DNA of 64,000 nucleotides from Promethearchaeota archaeon (lineage in GTDB: Archaea > Asgardarchaeota > Lokiarchaeia > Sigyniarchaeales > SOKP01), in the NCBI GenBank assembly GCA_048939015.1, contig JBHLPW010000002.1:64001-128000 (forward strand), written 5' to 3'. Numbering within the stretch: the first letter of the stretch is position 1; every line of letters starts with the position of its first letter. The notes below the pieces were generated by a model. The model was not told where the DNA came from. It did not search any database and worked only from the letters and a program-made list of their open reading frames with translations. Shown here piece after piece: positions 8,991 to 18,955 of this stretch. The position numbers and the translations under genes were made by a program.

Positions 8991-10874
8991 CTATTTTATT
9001 ATATTCATTTCTTTTAATTTTTCTTCAGATGGCTTACCTGTCGCCCAATCCCAACCTCTTTTATCATAATAAACTTTCAAGCTATCTTCTAAATTTAATT
9101 TTACATGAACAGTTTTACCAGATTCTAATTCTTCAGTTAATATACCCGGAAGTTTATCATCTTCTCTAGTAATTCCTAAATTACAATTAATTACTCTTTT
9201 TAAATTATTAATGTGTTCTCCAACTTTCAACAAAGACTTTTTATTATAATTAAATCCAGTAGAGGCATTAATATGTCCGACAATATGTTCCAAACTAAGA
9301 TTTACAAACGCACAGTTTACAGCAGAATCATCTATAGCCCTGATATCCTGTAAGGCGATAACTCCTTTTTCTCTCCCCTTAATTAATGATCTGCTTTTCC
9401 CAATTTTCACACGTAGTTCTGGATAAGAGGCAGTAGTTATTTCAACACTATACCAATCACATTTTTGATGGCTTCCTCCTATACAAGCAGTAATATAACT
9501 TAACGCTTGCCCAGCAAATGCCCTTGGATCATGCATTGGCATTTCTAACCCTTTTACATGAGCGGCCAATTCAGGATTAACATTAAGTTTTATCGCCATT
9601 TTTCTTACTCCTTCAGCAAGTAAATTACCTATTCCATCCCTCTTTGCAATTTTCTCAATTAGTTTTAATAGAATAGCTCCATTATTCCATTTTAATTCTT
9701 CCAGAGTTATTTCATTTAACAATTGATTGATATTATCACTCTGTAAATCATTTTCAACTAAATATATCAAAAAAGCAATACTCACACCACATGAGATTGT
9801 ATCAATCCCAAATAAATTACATAAATGGTTAGCTAAAATGACATCTTTAGATTCATAAATACCTAATAAAGGGCCGAATGCAGCAACAGTTTCATACTCA
9901 GGACCATCGACTTTTATTTCCTTGCCATTATCTTGAATAATCGTTTGTTTACCACATCTTACAGTACAACCAGCACATCCATAGTCTAGGACGGGATATT
10001 TTTCTCTTAATGTTTTCCCTGTTAACTTTTCTGCGGGAAATTCAGTCTCTGTAAAATAATATGCAGGTGTATCACCAAGAGCCATCCCAATATCGAGGTA
10101 ACAATTTGTTCCATATAAACTGTATAAAAGTGGTGTAGTCGTTTTAAGGAGATTTCCTTTTTTTGCTTCTTCGTCTTCCTTTATTAATTTTCTACCTATA
10201 GTAGGATCTGCGATTGTAATTTTTTCAGTGCCATGAATAGCAATAGCTTTTAATTTCTTTGAACCCATTAGAGCCCCTAAACCACATCTCCCAATAGCTC
10301 TCCCTTCATCATTAATAATCCCTGCATATTTTACAAGATTTTCTCCACCACTCCCTATAGTAGCAACTCTAATTCTTTCGTTATTTAGCTCATTCTTAAT
10401 TAATGTCTGTGTTTCATATGTATTTTTGCCCCATAGTTTACTAGCATCTTTAAATTCTATAATTTTCTCATGAATGTATAGATATATGGGATCTTTTGAT
10501 TTTCCATTAATAACTATAGCGTCAAACCCGCAATTTCTAAGAGAAATACAAAAAAATCCTCCTGAGGTTCCTTCTCCCCAAATCCCTGTCAGTGGTGAAA
10601 TCCCTGTTACAGCATACCTGCCAGAAGATGGTCTTATAGTTCCTGTTAAAGGTCCAGTAGAAAAAATTAAAGGATTTCTTTCTGAAAGGGGGTCATTTTT
10701 TAAAACGTCATAATCGTCATCCGATAACAAATCATATGTTAATTTAGCGCTTAATCCAGTCCCACCAAGAAATTGTTTTGCAATTTGAGTTTCAAGATCT
10801 TTTATATCAATTTTTTGATTTGTCAAATCAACATATGCAATTTTTCCATTATATCCATATTCTACTTTTTCCAT
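8991..10874 (-). CDS. aor: Aldehyde:ferredoxin oxidoreductase (W/Mo-pterin AOR family)
   Basis: SPLTG, GR.GLGALMGSKKLKAI, C..C...C, EYET, GIDTIS, KGLEMPMHDPR, YY..RGWD. Confidence 0.93.
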   Translation of the reverse strand: MEKVEYGYNGKIAYVDLTNQKIDIKDLETQIAKQFLGGTGLSAKLTYDLLSDDDYDVLKNDPLSERNPLIFSTGPLTGTIRPSSGRYAVTGISPLTGIWGEGTSGGFFCISLRNCGFDAIVINGKSKDPIYLYIHEKIIEFKDASKLWGKNTYETQTLIKNELNNERIRVATIGSGGENLVKYAGIINDEGRAIGRCGLGALMGSKKLKAIAIHGTEKITIADPTIGRKLIKEDEEAKKGNLLKTTTPLLYSLYGTNCYLDIGMALGDTPAYYFTETEFPAEKLTGKTLREKYPVLDYGCAGCTVRCGKQTIIQDNGKEIKVDGPEYETVAAFGPLLGIYESKDVILANHLCNLFGIDTISCGVSIAFLIYLVENDLQSDNINQLLNEITLEELKWNNGAILLKLIEKIAKRDGIGNLLAEGVRKMAIKLNVNPELAAHVKGLEMPMHDPRAFAGQALSYITACIGGSHQKCDWYSVEITTASYPELRVKIGKSRSLIKGREKGVIALQDIRAIDDSAVNCAFVNLSLEHIVGHINASTGFNYNKKSLLKVGEHINNLKRVINCNLGITREDDKLPGILTEELESGKTVHVKLNLEDSLKVYYDKRGWDWATGKPSEEKLKEMNIIK

Positions 10875-10896
10875 ATTATTAACCTTCGACTTTTGA

Positions 10897-12183
10897 TTAA
10901 AAGTTTATAAACCTTCCATCCCAAGCATATTCAAAAATTTTTCTATACATTTCTTCATTAATAGGACGATACGTAGTTAAGGTTACAGCATCATTTAGAG
11001 CATAATCTACTAATTTATCTAATTTTTTGATGTATTCATCTTCAGTTATTTTTGGTTTTTTTATATCTCTAACACATGTAGGACCATCAACTGAACTGAT
11101 GAAATTTTTGAGTGATTGAATAAATTCTTTTAACAAATTGTCCTTATTCTTATTTTCTGTGGATATGCCGAAAATAGGGCATAACGGTATCCATCTATCA
11201 GTAACTTTCGCTTTAAAAGCAATACCATATGACAAGAATAAACTTACAGCAATCCCATGATGGACACTGAATATTTTTCCAAAACTATGGCCTAAGGCAT
11301 GATTTATTCCAGGAGCCATATTACCATATGATCCAAATGCGGCTAAAGTTGAAGCCATTTGCATATGACTTCGAGCTTCAATATCTTTCCCACCATATTT
11401 ATAGGATCGTGGAAGATATTTCACAATTTCTTCAATGGTGGTTTTATTGGTTGCATCAAAATAAGGATTACCCCAGTTTGTGGTAAATGATCCCATTGCA
11501 TGAGCTAATGCATCTAAGCCTGTAGCCATGGTTAAAAAAGGTGGCAAATCTTTAACAAAATCTGGATCTAATATGGTCATATCTGCTAGTAATTCTTCAT
11601 GTACAACCTCAATCTTTTTTGGGGGATCTCTTGAAGTATCAGTAATTAAAGCTGCTGTAGCAATTTCAGAGCCTGTTCCTGCAGTAGTCGGTATAGCAAT
11701 TAAGTATTTAATCTTTTGGCGTAATCCCAATGCTGCTCCTATACTAGGTAATATCATGAAAAGATTTTGCTTAGGTTTTTCATATTTCACCATAACCATC
11801 TTGGCTGTGTCCATTACACTTCCACCTCCAATAGCAATTATTATTTTTGGAGTGTATTCTTCACAAATTTTTGCTCCTTCATCAATAGTTTGAAGTGGTA
11901 CTTCTGGTAAAACCCCTGACCAAACCTTGTAGTCCATACCTATTAGGTCTAAAAATTCTTCTAAATTGTTAACAAATTTTTTTGTAAAATCATCAGTGAT
12001 AATTAAAGCCTTTCTTTCCTCCTTATTAATAGTTGCTTCTAAATATCTAAAAACCTTTAGTACAGCTGATTTCCCAGTATATATTCTTGATAAGAAAAAA
12101 TTAGTTTCTAAACCTCTTACAGCTCTAGCTCCCAAAATGGGCATCAGATCTTTAATTATTTGTGACTCATACCAAGTAGGCAT
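10897..12183 (-). CDS. Iron-containing alcohol dehydrogenase
   Basis: AIGGGSVMDTAK, IPTTAGTGSE, GLDALAHA, NHALGH, HHG. Confidence 0.92.
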   Translation of the reverse strand: MPTWYESQIIKDLMPILGARAVRGLETNFFLSRIYTGKSAVLKVFRYLEATINKEERKALIITDDFTKKFVNNLEEFLDLIGMDYKVWSGVLPEVPLQTIDEGAKICEEYTPKIIIAIGGGSVMDTAKMVMVKYEKPKQNLFMILPSIGAALGLRQKIKYLIAIPTTAGTGSEIATAALITDTSRDPPKKIEVVHEELLADMTILDPDFVKDLPPFLTMATGLDALAHAMGSFTTNWGNPYFDATNKTTIEEIVKYLPRSYKYGGKDIEARSHMQMASTLAAFGSYGNMAPGINHALGHSFGKIFSVHHGIAVSLFLSYGIAFKAKVTDRWIPLCPIFGISTENKNKDNLLKEFIQSLKNFISSVDGPTCVRDIKKPKITEDEYIKKLDKLVDYALNDAVTLTTYRPINEEMYRKIFEYAWDGRFINF

Positions 12184-12355
12184 TACTAAATCCCTATATA
12201 ATCTTATTTATTTACCTTTTTGAATAATAAATAGTAAAAGTTGATTCAATAAAAAAACATTTTTAATATCATTTTTCGATACTATCATAAGTAAGAAATT
12301 GATTATTGGTTTTCATAGTAAATATTGAAATTTATAATTACTGGGTGTTAAAATT

Positions 12356-13339
12356 ATGAAAATAAGATTGAATATGAATGAAATGTACAAAACACCACCA
12401 AAAGATATAATTATTTCAGCAAAAGAAAGTATTGATCAGATTAACAGATATACTCCTCAAAAAGAAGTAGATCTTTTAGTAGAACACTTGTCACAATATA
12501 CAAAAGCACCTTGTGAATCCATATTTTTAAGCTCTGGTTCAGATCTCTTAATTAAAGAATTTATCTTTTTATTTTCAGATAATAGACAAATAATAATTCC
12601 AGATCCAACTTTTATCGTAATTAATAATGCTGCACAGAATACTGACTCCTCTCTACTAAAAATTAAATTAAATGAACCTACTTTTAAAATTTCCATAGAA
12701 GCTTTTATTGATGAATTGACGACTCCATCTTTGATTGTGTTCGATAATCCTAATAATCCCACTGGAAATTTGATTATAACTCAGAAAGATATTGAGACCA
12801 TATTAGAATACGAAAATGTTATTCTATTAATTGATGAAGCTTATTTCGAATTCTCTAAAGTCAGTTACATCAACTTAGTAAATAAGTATCCTAATTTAGC
12901 TATATTGAGAACATTGAGTAAATCATTTGGATTAGCAGGATCAGGAATTGGGTATTTAATTGCAGGAGACCTAATACGTAAAAGGTTCCATGGATTAGAT
13001 ATCATGCTTCCATATCCGAGCGTAGTTGCTGGGATAAAAGCTTTAGAACATCAGAAATATATGCAAGATTATATCGATGAAATTGCGATTGAAAAAAGAA
13101 GAGTTGCCAATATCGTTTCAGAACTAGGGATTTCTGTTTATTCAAGTTATACAAATTTTTTACTAATGAAGACTGAAGTAAAAAATATTTCAGAAAAGCT
13201 AGCAGAACATGGTGTAATAGTACATGATGCATCAAATCAATTAAGTTCAGAGTATTTTAGAGTTACCATAGGTTCTGAAAAAGAAAATAACTTTTTTTTA
13301 GATGTTCTAAAAAGTATTTTAATTAATGTTAAGGAATGA
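12356..13339 (+). CDS. hisC: Histidinol-phosphate aminotransferase family (class II PLP enzyme)
   Basis: LNMNE, NPNNPTG, IDEAY.EF, LRTLSKSFGLAG, RVTIG. Confidence 0.8.
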   Translation: MKIRLNMNEMYKTPPKDIIISAKESIDQINRYTPQKEVDLLVEHLSQYTKAPCESIFLSSGSDLLIKEFIFLFSDNRQIIIPDPTFIVINNAAQNTDSSLLKIKLNEPTFKISIEAFIDELTTPSLIVFDNPNNPTGNLIITQKDIETILEYENVILLIDEAYFEFSKVSYINLVNKYPNLAILRTLSKSFGLAGSGIGYLIAGDLIRKRFHGLDIMLPYPSVVAGIKALEHQKYMQDYIDEIAIEKRRVANIVSELGISVYSSYTNFLLMKTEVKNISEKLAEHGVIVHDASNQLSSEYFRVTIGSEKENNFFLDVLKSILINVKE

Positions 13340-13428
13340 GCAAAATTTTATTATAAATCATAGCTAAATGTATTCTATTAAAATTATTTTTATTATAAAA
13401 TGGTAAATTCTGAAATTTAGGTGATTAT

Positions 13429-14262
13429 TTGGGAAATCAAATTAATAATGTCTCTATAATTGGGGCAGGATATATGGGACGCCAAATTATTGAGAAATCT
13501 GCGTTATTTGGATATAATATATTTATTTTTGATGTTAGTTCTGAAGGTTTAGAGGACTTTATTAATGATGTAAAAAAGAAAATTGATGAGAAACAAATTA
13601 AAATTGAAATTAAGAGTTATAATAGTATTCCTGAAGCTGTAAAAAATGCAGATTTAATCATTGAAGCTGTTCCAGAAAAGCTTGAGCTGAAAAGAGAAAT
13701 TTTTCCTATAATTGATAAATCAGCTCCCCCTCATGCTATTATAGCAACTAATAGCTCGTCTATTCCAATTTCAAAATTGGAGGATGTTATTGAACGGAAA
13801 GATAAAGTAATGAACATTCATTTCTATAACCTTTTTACAATGCCTTTGGCGGATATCATGCGAGGAACTCAAACTAGTGATATTACATTCCAAAAAGGGA
13901 AATCTTGGGTAGAAAGTATTGATGTAATCCCTCTTGAGGTCAAAAAAGAATGTTATGGATTTGTACTTAACAGAATATGGAGAGCCATTAAAAAAGATTG
14001 TCTAAAGATTTGGGCTGGAGGATATGCTGATCTTGAAACTGTCGATAAGGCTTGGCCAATTTTTTGCCAATATTTCATCACTAATGACTATGGTCCTTTC
14101 AAATACATGGATAGGATTGGTTTGGATGTAATTTATGATATTGAAATGTCCTACTTCAAAAATAGCGGATTAGAAGATGATAGACCACCAGATTCTCTAA
14201 AAAATTTGGTTGAAAAAGGTGAAATGGGGGTTAAGACAGAAAAAGGATTTTACAAATATTAA
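13429..14262 (+). CDS. 3-hydroxyacyl-CoA dehydrogenase family protein
   Basis: IIGAGYMG, EAVPEKLELK, ATNSSS, GF..NR, GPF..MD.IGLD; TTG start after AGGTGA RBS. Confidence 0.9.
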   Translation: MGNQINNVSIIGAGYMGRQIIEKSALFGYNIFIFDVSSEGLEDFINDVKKKIDEKQIKIEIKSYNSIPEAVKNADLIIEAVPEKLELKREIFPIIDKSAPPHAIIATNSSSIPISKLEDVIERKDKVMNIHFYNLFTMPLADIMRGTQTSDITFQKGKSWVESIDVIPLEVKKECYGFVLNRIWRAIKKDCLKIWAGGYADLETVDKAWPIFCQYFITNDYGPFKYMDRIGLDVIYDIEMSYFKNSGLEDDRPPDSLKNLVEKGEMGVKTEKGFYKY

Positions 14263-14271
14263 ACCATATAA

Positions 14272-14281
14272 TTTTTTTTTT
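14272..14281 (+). terminator. Oligo-T archaeal terminator candidate
   Basis: T10 run about 10 nt after the stop at 14262. Confidence 0.4.
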
Positions 14282-14335
14282 AGTTTTAATTTAAAGAAGT
14301 AATCCTTATAGTCAAAATTATATTTAGTCATACTG

Positions 14336-15052
14336 ATGCCAGAAAAAGGAAAACAGGAAATTCAAAGGATTAAAGAACTAGAAAGTATTAATTTAGCAAG
14401 AGAGGATGTTAGAGATCTCGTTATAGAAACAAAAAAAGCAGTTGAAAAAGATAATGATTCTTTAGCAGAACAGCTAAATGATATGCTTAATAATATAGGT
14501 ATCAAATCTATTGATATTGTTGGAGCTATAGGAGCAGGGAAGACTGCACTTCTAGAAAAAATAGCTAAAAAATTATCAAAAAAATACCGGATCTTAGTGA
14601 TATGTGGTGATATTACTACAAGAGTAGACGCCGATAGAATTGAGAAACATAATGTGAAAACGATCCAAATAAATACAGGCCGAGAATGCGCTCTGAATGC
14701 TTATCATATTTATCAAGTTATTAAAAATCAAGATCTAAATGATTTTGACTTAATTTTTGTAGAAAATGTTGGTAATCTAATTTGTCCCTCTGATTTCAAA
14801 TTAGGAACCGATAAAAGAATTACTGTTGTTTCTATTACAGAAGGTGAATGGGTGATTGAGAAACACCCAATGCTATTTAAAATGTCTGATGTTGCAGTTA
14901 TTAATAAAATTGATCTTTTAGAAAGATTAGGAACTAATATCGACAAAATGAAAAACGACGCTAAGAAATTTAACCCTGATATAAAAGTAATAACTACAAG
15001 TGCTAAATTGGATACTAATATTGACCAATTAATTGAAACCTTGGGATTATAG
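14336..15052 (+). CDS. hypB: Hydrogenase nickel-incorporation GTPase HypB
   Basis: GAIGAGKT, DADRI, ENVGNLICP..F.LG, SITEG, KHP..F, INKIDL. Confidence 0.9.
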   Translation: MPEKGKQEIQRIKELESINLAREDVRDLVIETKKAVEKDNDSLAEQLNDMLNNIGIKSIDIVGAIGAGKTALLEKIAKKLSKKYRILVICGDITTRVDADRIEKHNVKTIQINTGRECALNAYHIYQVIKNQDLNDFDLIFVENVGNLICPSDFKLGTDKRITVVSITEGEWVIEKHPMLFKMSDVAVINKIDLLERLGTNIDKMKNDAKKFNPDIKVITTSAKLDTNIDQLIETLGL

Positions 15053-15063
15053 AAATTAATAAA

Positions 15064-15510
15064 GTGAACCTAAGAATGGAAAAAGACTTAAAAAAAATTG
15101 AAAAAATAATAAGTAACTTAGAGCTAAATTCTAAATCACATATCAAGGAATTATTAAATAATTTCTTGCAAACTCATCTTAAGCGGAGTAAAGTGGATAA
15201 TTTCATAGGAGATTATCCTACATTTATAGAACCCGTCCATTTAGAAGATAATGTTAAAATAGGTGACGATGTACTCTTAGGACCAAATGTATATATTGGA
15301 AAAAATACAGAAATAAAGGATTATGTAGAAATTTCAAACTCAATTATCTTCGATAATGCTATAATAGCCGAAAACATTAAGATGGATAAATGTATTATTG
15401 GTAAAGATGTTTCTTTAACAAGTCAAAATATTAGTATAGATAATTGTGTGGTAATTGGAAATGTGTCAACAAAAGAAGAACTTTATAAGATTATGTATAA
15501 GTTTAAGTAA
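15064..15510 (+). CDS. Left-handed beta-helix (hexapeptide repeat) protein resembling the C-terminus of NDP-sugar synthases
   Basis: PVHLEDNVKIGDDVLLGPNVYIG..T.I...V.I.NSII hexapeptide pattern. Confidence 0.75.
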   Translation: MNLRMEKDLKKIEKIISNLELNSKSHIKELLNNFLQTHLKRSKVDNFIGDYPTFIEPVHLEDNVKIGDDVLLGPNVYIGKNTEIKDYVEISNSIIFDNAIIAENIKMDKCIIGKDVSLTSQNISIDNCVVIGNVSTKEELYKIMYKFK

Positions 15511-15552
15511 GTCTTTGCAAACTGATAGATTTCTTATCCTAGATTAAATATA

Positions 15553-16377
15553 GTGATTCTTATGAATGAAGAAAAATATTTTAAGACAAATCTAAAAAGA
15601 TGGAATGAACTTGTAGATATTAACGCTAAATCTAAATCTTATGATTTACCTGGTTTTTTAGAGGGAAATTCATCTTTATTTCCTATAGAGGTTGAGGAAA
15701 TAGGAGATGTTAAGGGAAAATCATTATTACATCTACAATGCCATTTCGGAATGGACACACTTTCATGGGCAAGATTAGGAGCAAAAGTTACTGGTGTAGA
15801 CTTTGCAGACAAAGCGATAGAGTTAGCAAAAGATTTGAGTAATAAATTAAATATCCCTGCAAAGTTCATACTTTCAAATGTTTATAATGTACTTCAAATT
15901 TTAAATGAAAAATTCGACATTGTTTTTACATCGTATGGAACAATTTGTTGGTTACCTGACCTAGTTCAATGGGCTCAAATAATCAGCGAATGCTTAAATC
16001 CAGGTGGTTTTTTTTATATAATCGATGGGCATCCTTTTGGCTTTATAATTGATGAAAAGCAAGAACCTTTTAAAGTAGGTTTCAATTATTTTTCTGAGGG
16101 AAAACCGATATTCTTCGATGAAGGGACCGCCTATGCAGATCCTTTAGCAGATCTAAAGAATCAAGCAGCATATGAATGGGACCATCCTATGAGTGAAATT
16201 ATAAATTCCTTAATTAATGCAAATTTAGAAATAGATTTTCTTCATGAATTCCCATTCACATTCTTTAGCATACATCCAGATATGAAAAAAAGGGAGGACA
16301 GATATTGGGAATTTAAAAACTATGAATTTACCATTCCTATGATGTTTTCAATTAAAGCTCATAAGAAAATAATTTAA
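15553..16377 (+). CDS. Class I SAM-dependent methyltransferase
   Basis: LHLQCHFGMDTLSWARLGA.VTGVDF; FDIVFTSYG. Confidence 0.9.
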   Translation: MILMNEEKYFKTNLKRWNELVDINAKSKSYDLPGFLEGNSSLFPIEVEEIGDVKGKSLLHLQCHFGMDTLSWARLGAKVTGVDFADKAIELAKDLSNKLNIPAKFILSNVYNVLQILNEKFDIVFTSYGTICWLPDLVQWAQIISECLNPGGFFYIIDGHPFGFIIDEKQEPFKVGFNYFSEGKPIFFDEGTAYADPLADLKNQAAYEWDHPMSEIINSLINANLEIDFLHEFPFTFFSIHPDMKKREDRYWEFKNYEFTIPMMFSIKAHKKII

Positions 16378-16384
16378 AAAATAA

Positions 16385-17200
16385 TTACATATTTTTTGGT
16401 TTCTTTCCTATAAACAAACCATTTATCCCTGTAATCTCGAATTTAGAGTTTTTTTCAAGTATGTTTGAAATACCTTCCTCAACTTGAGGTTTTATTTTTT
16501 GAAAAGAAGGATATTTTTCTTTAGGATACATACTCTCAATGTATTTTATCAATGGAGCTAAAGAAGTAATAGATACTTGATTAATATACTCTTCAAAAAA
16601 AATATCTGAAAAATAAGGTTTTAGGACATTTCTCCCCGTTTCATTTCTGAATTCACTAAATAATTTTAATTTCTCGTCTGTATATAATCCAAATTTAGAA
16701 AGAAAGTCTTTTAATTCTTTAATATGATTTCTACTAATAGTTGTAGAGATAAATCTGCCACTTGGTTTCAACACACGACTTATTTCTACAAGAGCTTTAT
16801 CAATATTTGGAATGTGATATAACATATGACACCCTAATACAACGTCAAAATTATGATTTCTGTAAGGAATTTTCTGTGCATCTATAACTTTGAAATTTAT
16901 TGGCAGATTGATTGATTCTAAATTCTCCTTAGCTTTATTCAACATTTTTTGAGAAAAATCAGATAACACAATTGAACAGGTCGAAGGAATTTTTTTATAA
17001 TTTTCGAGCCAAATTTGACCTGTTCCACATCCTAATTCTAATACTCTTTCGTTTTCTTTAAGTTGAATTCTTGAAAAAATCCACTTCGGTAAGGTTTCGG
17101 GATTTGATCCATATGACCAAAGGTTCATTCGGTTAGTTAAGTTTTCATGAGAGTTATATTGTAATTTTGCATATTCCTTAACAGATTTATTATTTTTCAT
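16385..17200 (-). CDS. Class I SAM-dependent methyltransferase
   Basis: VLELGCGTG, FDVV...HMLYH, RVLKP.G. Confidence 0.9.
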   Translation of the reverse strand: MKNNKSVKEYAKLQYNSHENLTNRMNLWSYGSNPETLPKWIFSRIQLKENERVLELGCGTGQIWLENYKKIPSTCSIVLSDFSQKMLNKAKENLESINLPINFKVIDAQKIPYRNHNFDVVLGCHMLYHIPNIDKALVEISRVLKPSGRFISTTISRNHIKELKDFLSKFGLYTDEKLKLFSEFRNETGRNVLKPYFSDIFFEEYINQVSITSLAPLIKYIESMYPKEKYPSFQKIKPQVEEGISNILEKNSKFEITGINGLFIGKKPKNM

Positions 17201-17245
17201 ATGAGATTAAAGAATGTGTTTATCTATTATAAATTAAGTATAAAA

Positions 17246-17276
17246 ATTAATCCTGTTGCTTGCCTCAAGGATTAAT
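17246..17276. terminator. 9-bp inverted repeat, possible terminator or operator
   Basis: ATTAATCCT (17246-17254) and AGGATTAAT (17268-17276) with a 13-nt loop, between two minus-strand genes. Confidence 0.4.
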
Positions 17277-17302
17277 GATAAATAAAAGAAAAAAAAATAT
17301 GT

Positions 17303-18268
17303 TTAAGGATGTGCCCATGGGACTGGCAGTGACACGTTTACACTAATAAAGTTTAATGCATAATATGTTGAAAATGAAATCTTTAACAGTAAATTACCAT
17401 TAGTCGTTATTAATCCTTTAATATAGGTCGTATCAATACTTAACGTTATGTCTTGATCTAAAGTTTCTGTAAATGAGTGGAATGTGTTTTGGTATGCACT
17501 AGGTGCACTACCAATTTTAGTATCCCATGGAAGAGCAGAAGCATTATCAGTTGTTAATGTGTGAATTTCAGCATTTAAGACCACATCATTTATGGCATAT
17601 AATCCCATATTTCTTACATCAAAAGTTAATGTGATATCTAAAGAATCATCAGAAAAATCTAGTGGAAGTACTCCAGGATCATAATCATAATCAATAGAAT
17701 CATGAAGATTAACCCTAAGATTTATTCCACTAAATATAACAGTTCCAAAGTAACCAGCAATTCCGATACTTGCCAAAATTCCTAAAATTTTAAAAAAAGT
17801 GCTCAATTTAAATTCCTTTTTAACTTTAACTCGATATTCCCTCTTTTTACTTAATTCTATTGCTTCTACTAAGTACTGTAGCCCTTTGATTATAAGAGCA
17901 CCTAAAAAGAGCCACGCAATTAGTTTCAAACCTAAAAGAGCTTGAATCGTAGGCGTGTTAATATAGTATGTTCCTAAACTCCTTCCTGGCTCAAACCCGC
18001 CAAATATATAGAAGAGGAAAATTCCTGAATAAACAGTTACTCCAAACCTAACAAGGCGATTTGCCGATGTATCTTCCGGAAAAGCATATCTTAAAATAGA
18101 AATAATAATACCAATAATCCCAAAAATAATAATTGATGTTCGAAAACTTGCAGAGAATGTCATTATATTAAAGTATTCGAGAAAATAGAATAAAACTAAG
18201 GGAACAACTATGTAAGATATCGTAGCAAGAATCCCATGTAATATCATTTTACCATATTGAATTTCCAT
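17303..18268 (-). CDS. Multi-TM membrane protein with a C-terminal extracytoplasmic beta-rich domain
   Basis: About five TM helices, then a beta-rich tail (LTFDVRNMGLYAI..V). Confidence 0.75.
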   Translation of the reverse strand: MEIQYGKMILHGILATISYIVVPLVLFYFLEYFNIMTFSASFRTSIIIFGIIGIIISILRYAFPEDTSANRLVRFGVTVYSGIFLFYIFGGFEPGRSLGTYYINTPTIQALLGLKLIAWLFLGALIIKGLQYLVEAIELSKKREYRVKVKKEFKLSTFFKILGILASIGIAGYFGTVIFSGINLRVNLHDSIDYDYDPGVLPLDFSDDSLDITLTFDVRNMGLYAINDVVLNAEIHTLTTDNASALPWDTKIGSAPSAYQNTFHSFTETLDQDITLSIDTTYIKGLITTNGNLLLKISFSTYYALNFISVNVSLPVPWAHP

Positions 18269-18389
18269 AACTTTTTAACCTGTTTTGAATTCTTATTTTA
18301 AGTTAAATGAGATATTAACCTTAATATCCTTGAATCTAATATAAATTTTCATGGTATATAGTTATTTATTAATTTTTTTCAGTTTTTTA

Positions 18390-18938
18390 TCAAAAATGTG
18401 AAAGAATAAATTTAATATTCTCCCACCCATATGCAACTTCAGTATATTTTCTCCCTCCAATTTCAATGGACTGTTCTCCTAATATAGTTCCTCCTAATTT
18501 TTCATAGAATCGACGAGAAGAATTTTTCTTTAAAACCCAAGTAAGCATACTGTAAATAGTATTTTCTTTAAAATATTTTACAACTGATTTAACCAATTCA
18601 GTTCCAATATTTCTATTTTGAAAATCATTCAAAACGTAAATAGCACATAATTCACCAATAAATCTCTCTGCTTGGAGTAAAGCAATAACTGGGTTATATT
18701 TTTCTAAGGTAGCTAACGCAAATCCAATTATATCATTATTATTAGTCTCAGCTACGTAAATCATTGCTCCATGAGTAGGGTTTTCTAATCTATGTTTCCA
18801 ATTTTGTTCTTTATCTTTATAAGATAAACTTTGAAGATATTCTTCTGCGATTATCCCTTGATACGCTGTTTTCCACGTATCAACTTGTACTTTTGTAATT
18901 CCAAATGCATCTGATTTAATGGCTTCTCTATATTTCAT
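18390..18938 (-). CDS. GNAT family N-acetyltransferase
   Basis: AIYVL..FQ.RNIGT.L; WVL..N.SRRFYEKLGG. Confidence 0.9.
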   Translation of the reverse strand: MKYREAIKSDAFGITKVQVDTWKTAYQGIIAEEYLQSLSYKDKEQNWKHRLENPTHGAMIYVAETNNNDIIGFALATLEKYNPVIALLQAERFIGELCAIYVLNDFQNRNIGTELVKSVVKYFKENTIYSMLTWVLKKNSSRRFYEKLGGTILGEQSIEIGGRKYTEVAYGWENIKFILSHF

Positions 18939-18955
18939 TGAATTAAATTATTTGA

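Noticed and set aside
13337-13339. TGA stops of hisC (and of pepF 37681, GNAT 18390, DUF885 18956) as possible Sec codons
   Set aside because: They fall at natural C-termini of complete domains, not at Cys positions, and I see no SECIS-like hairpin after them.
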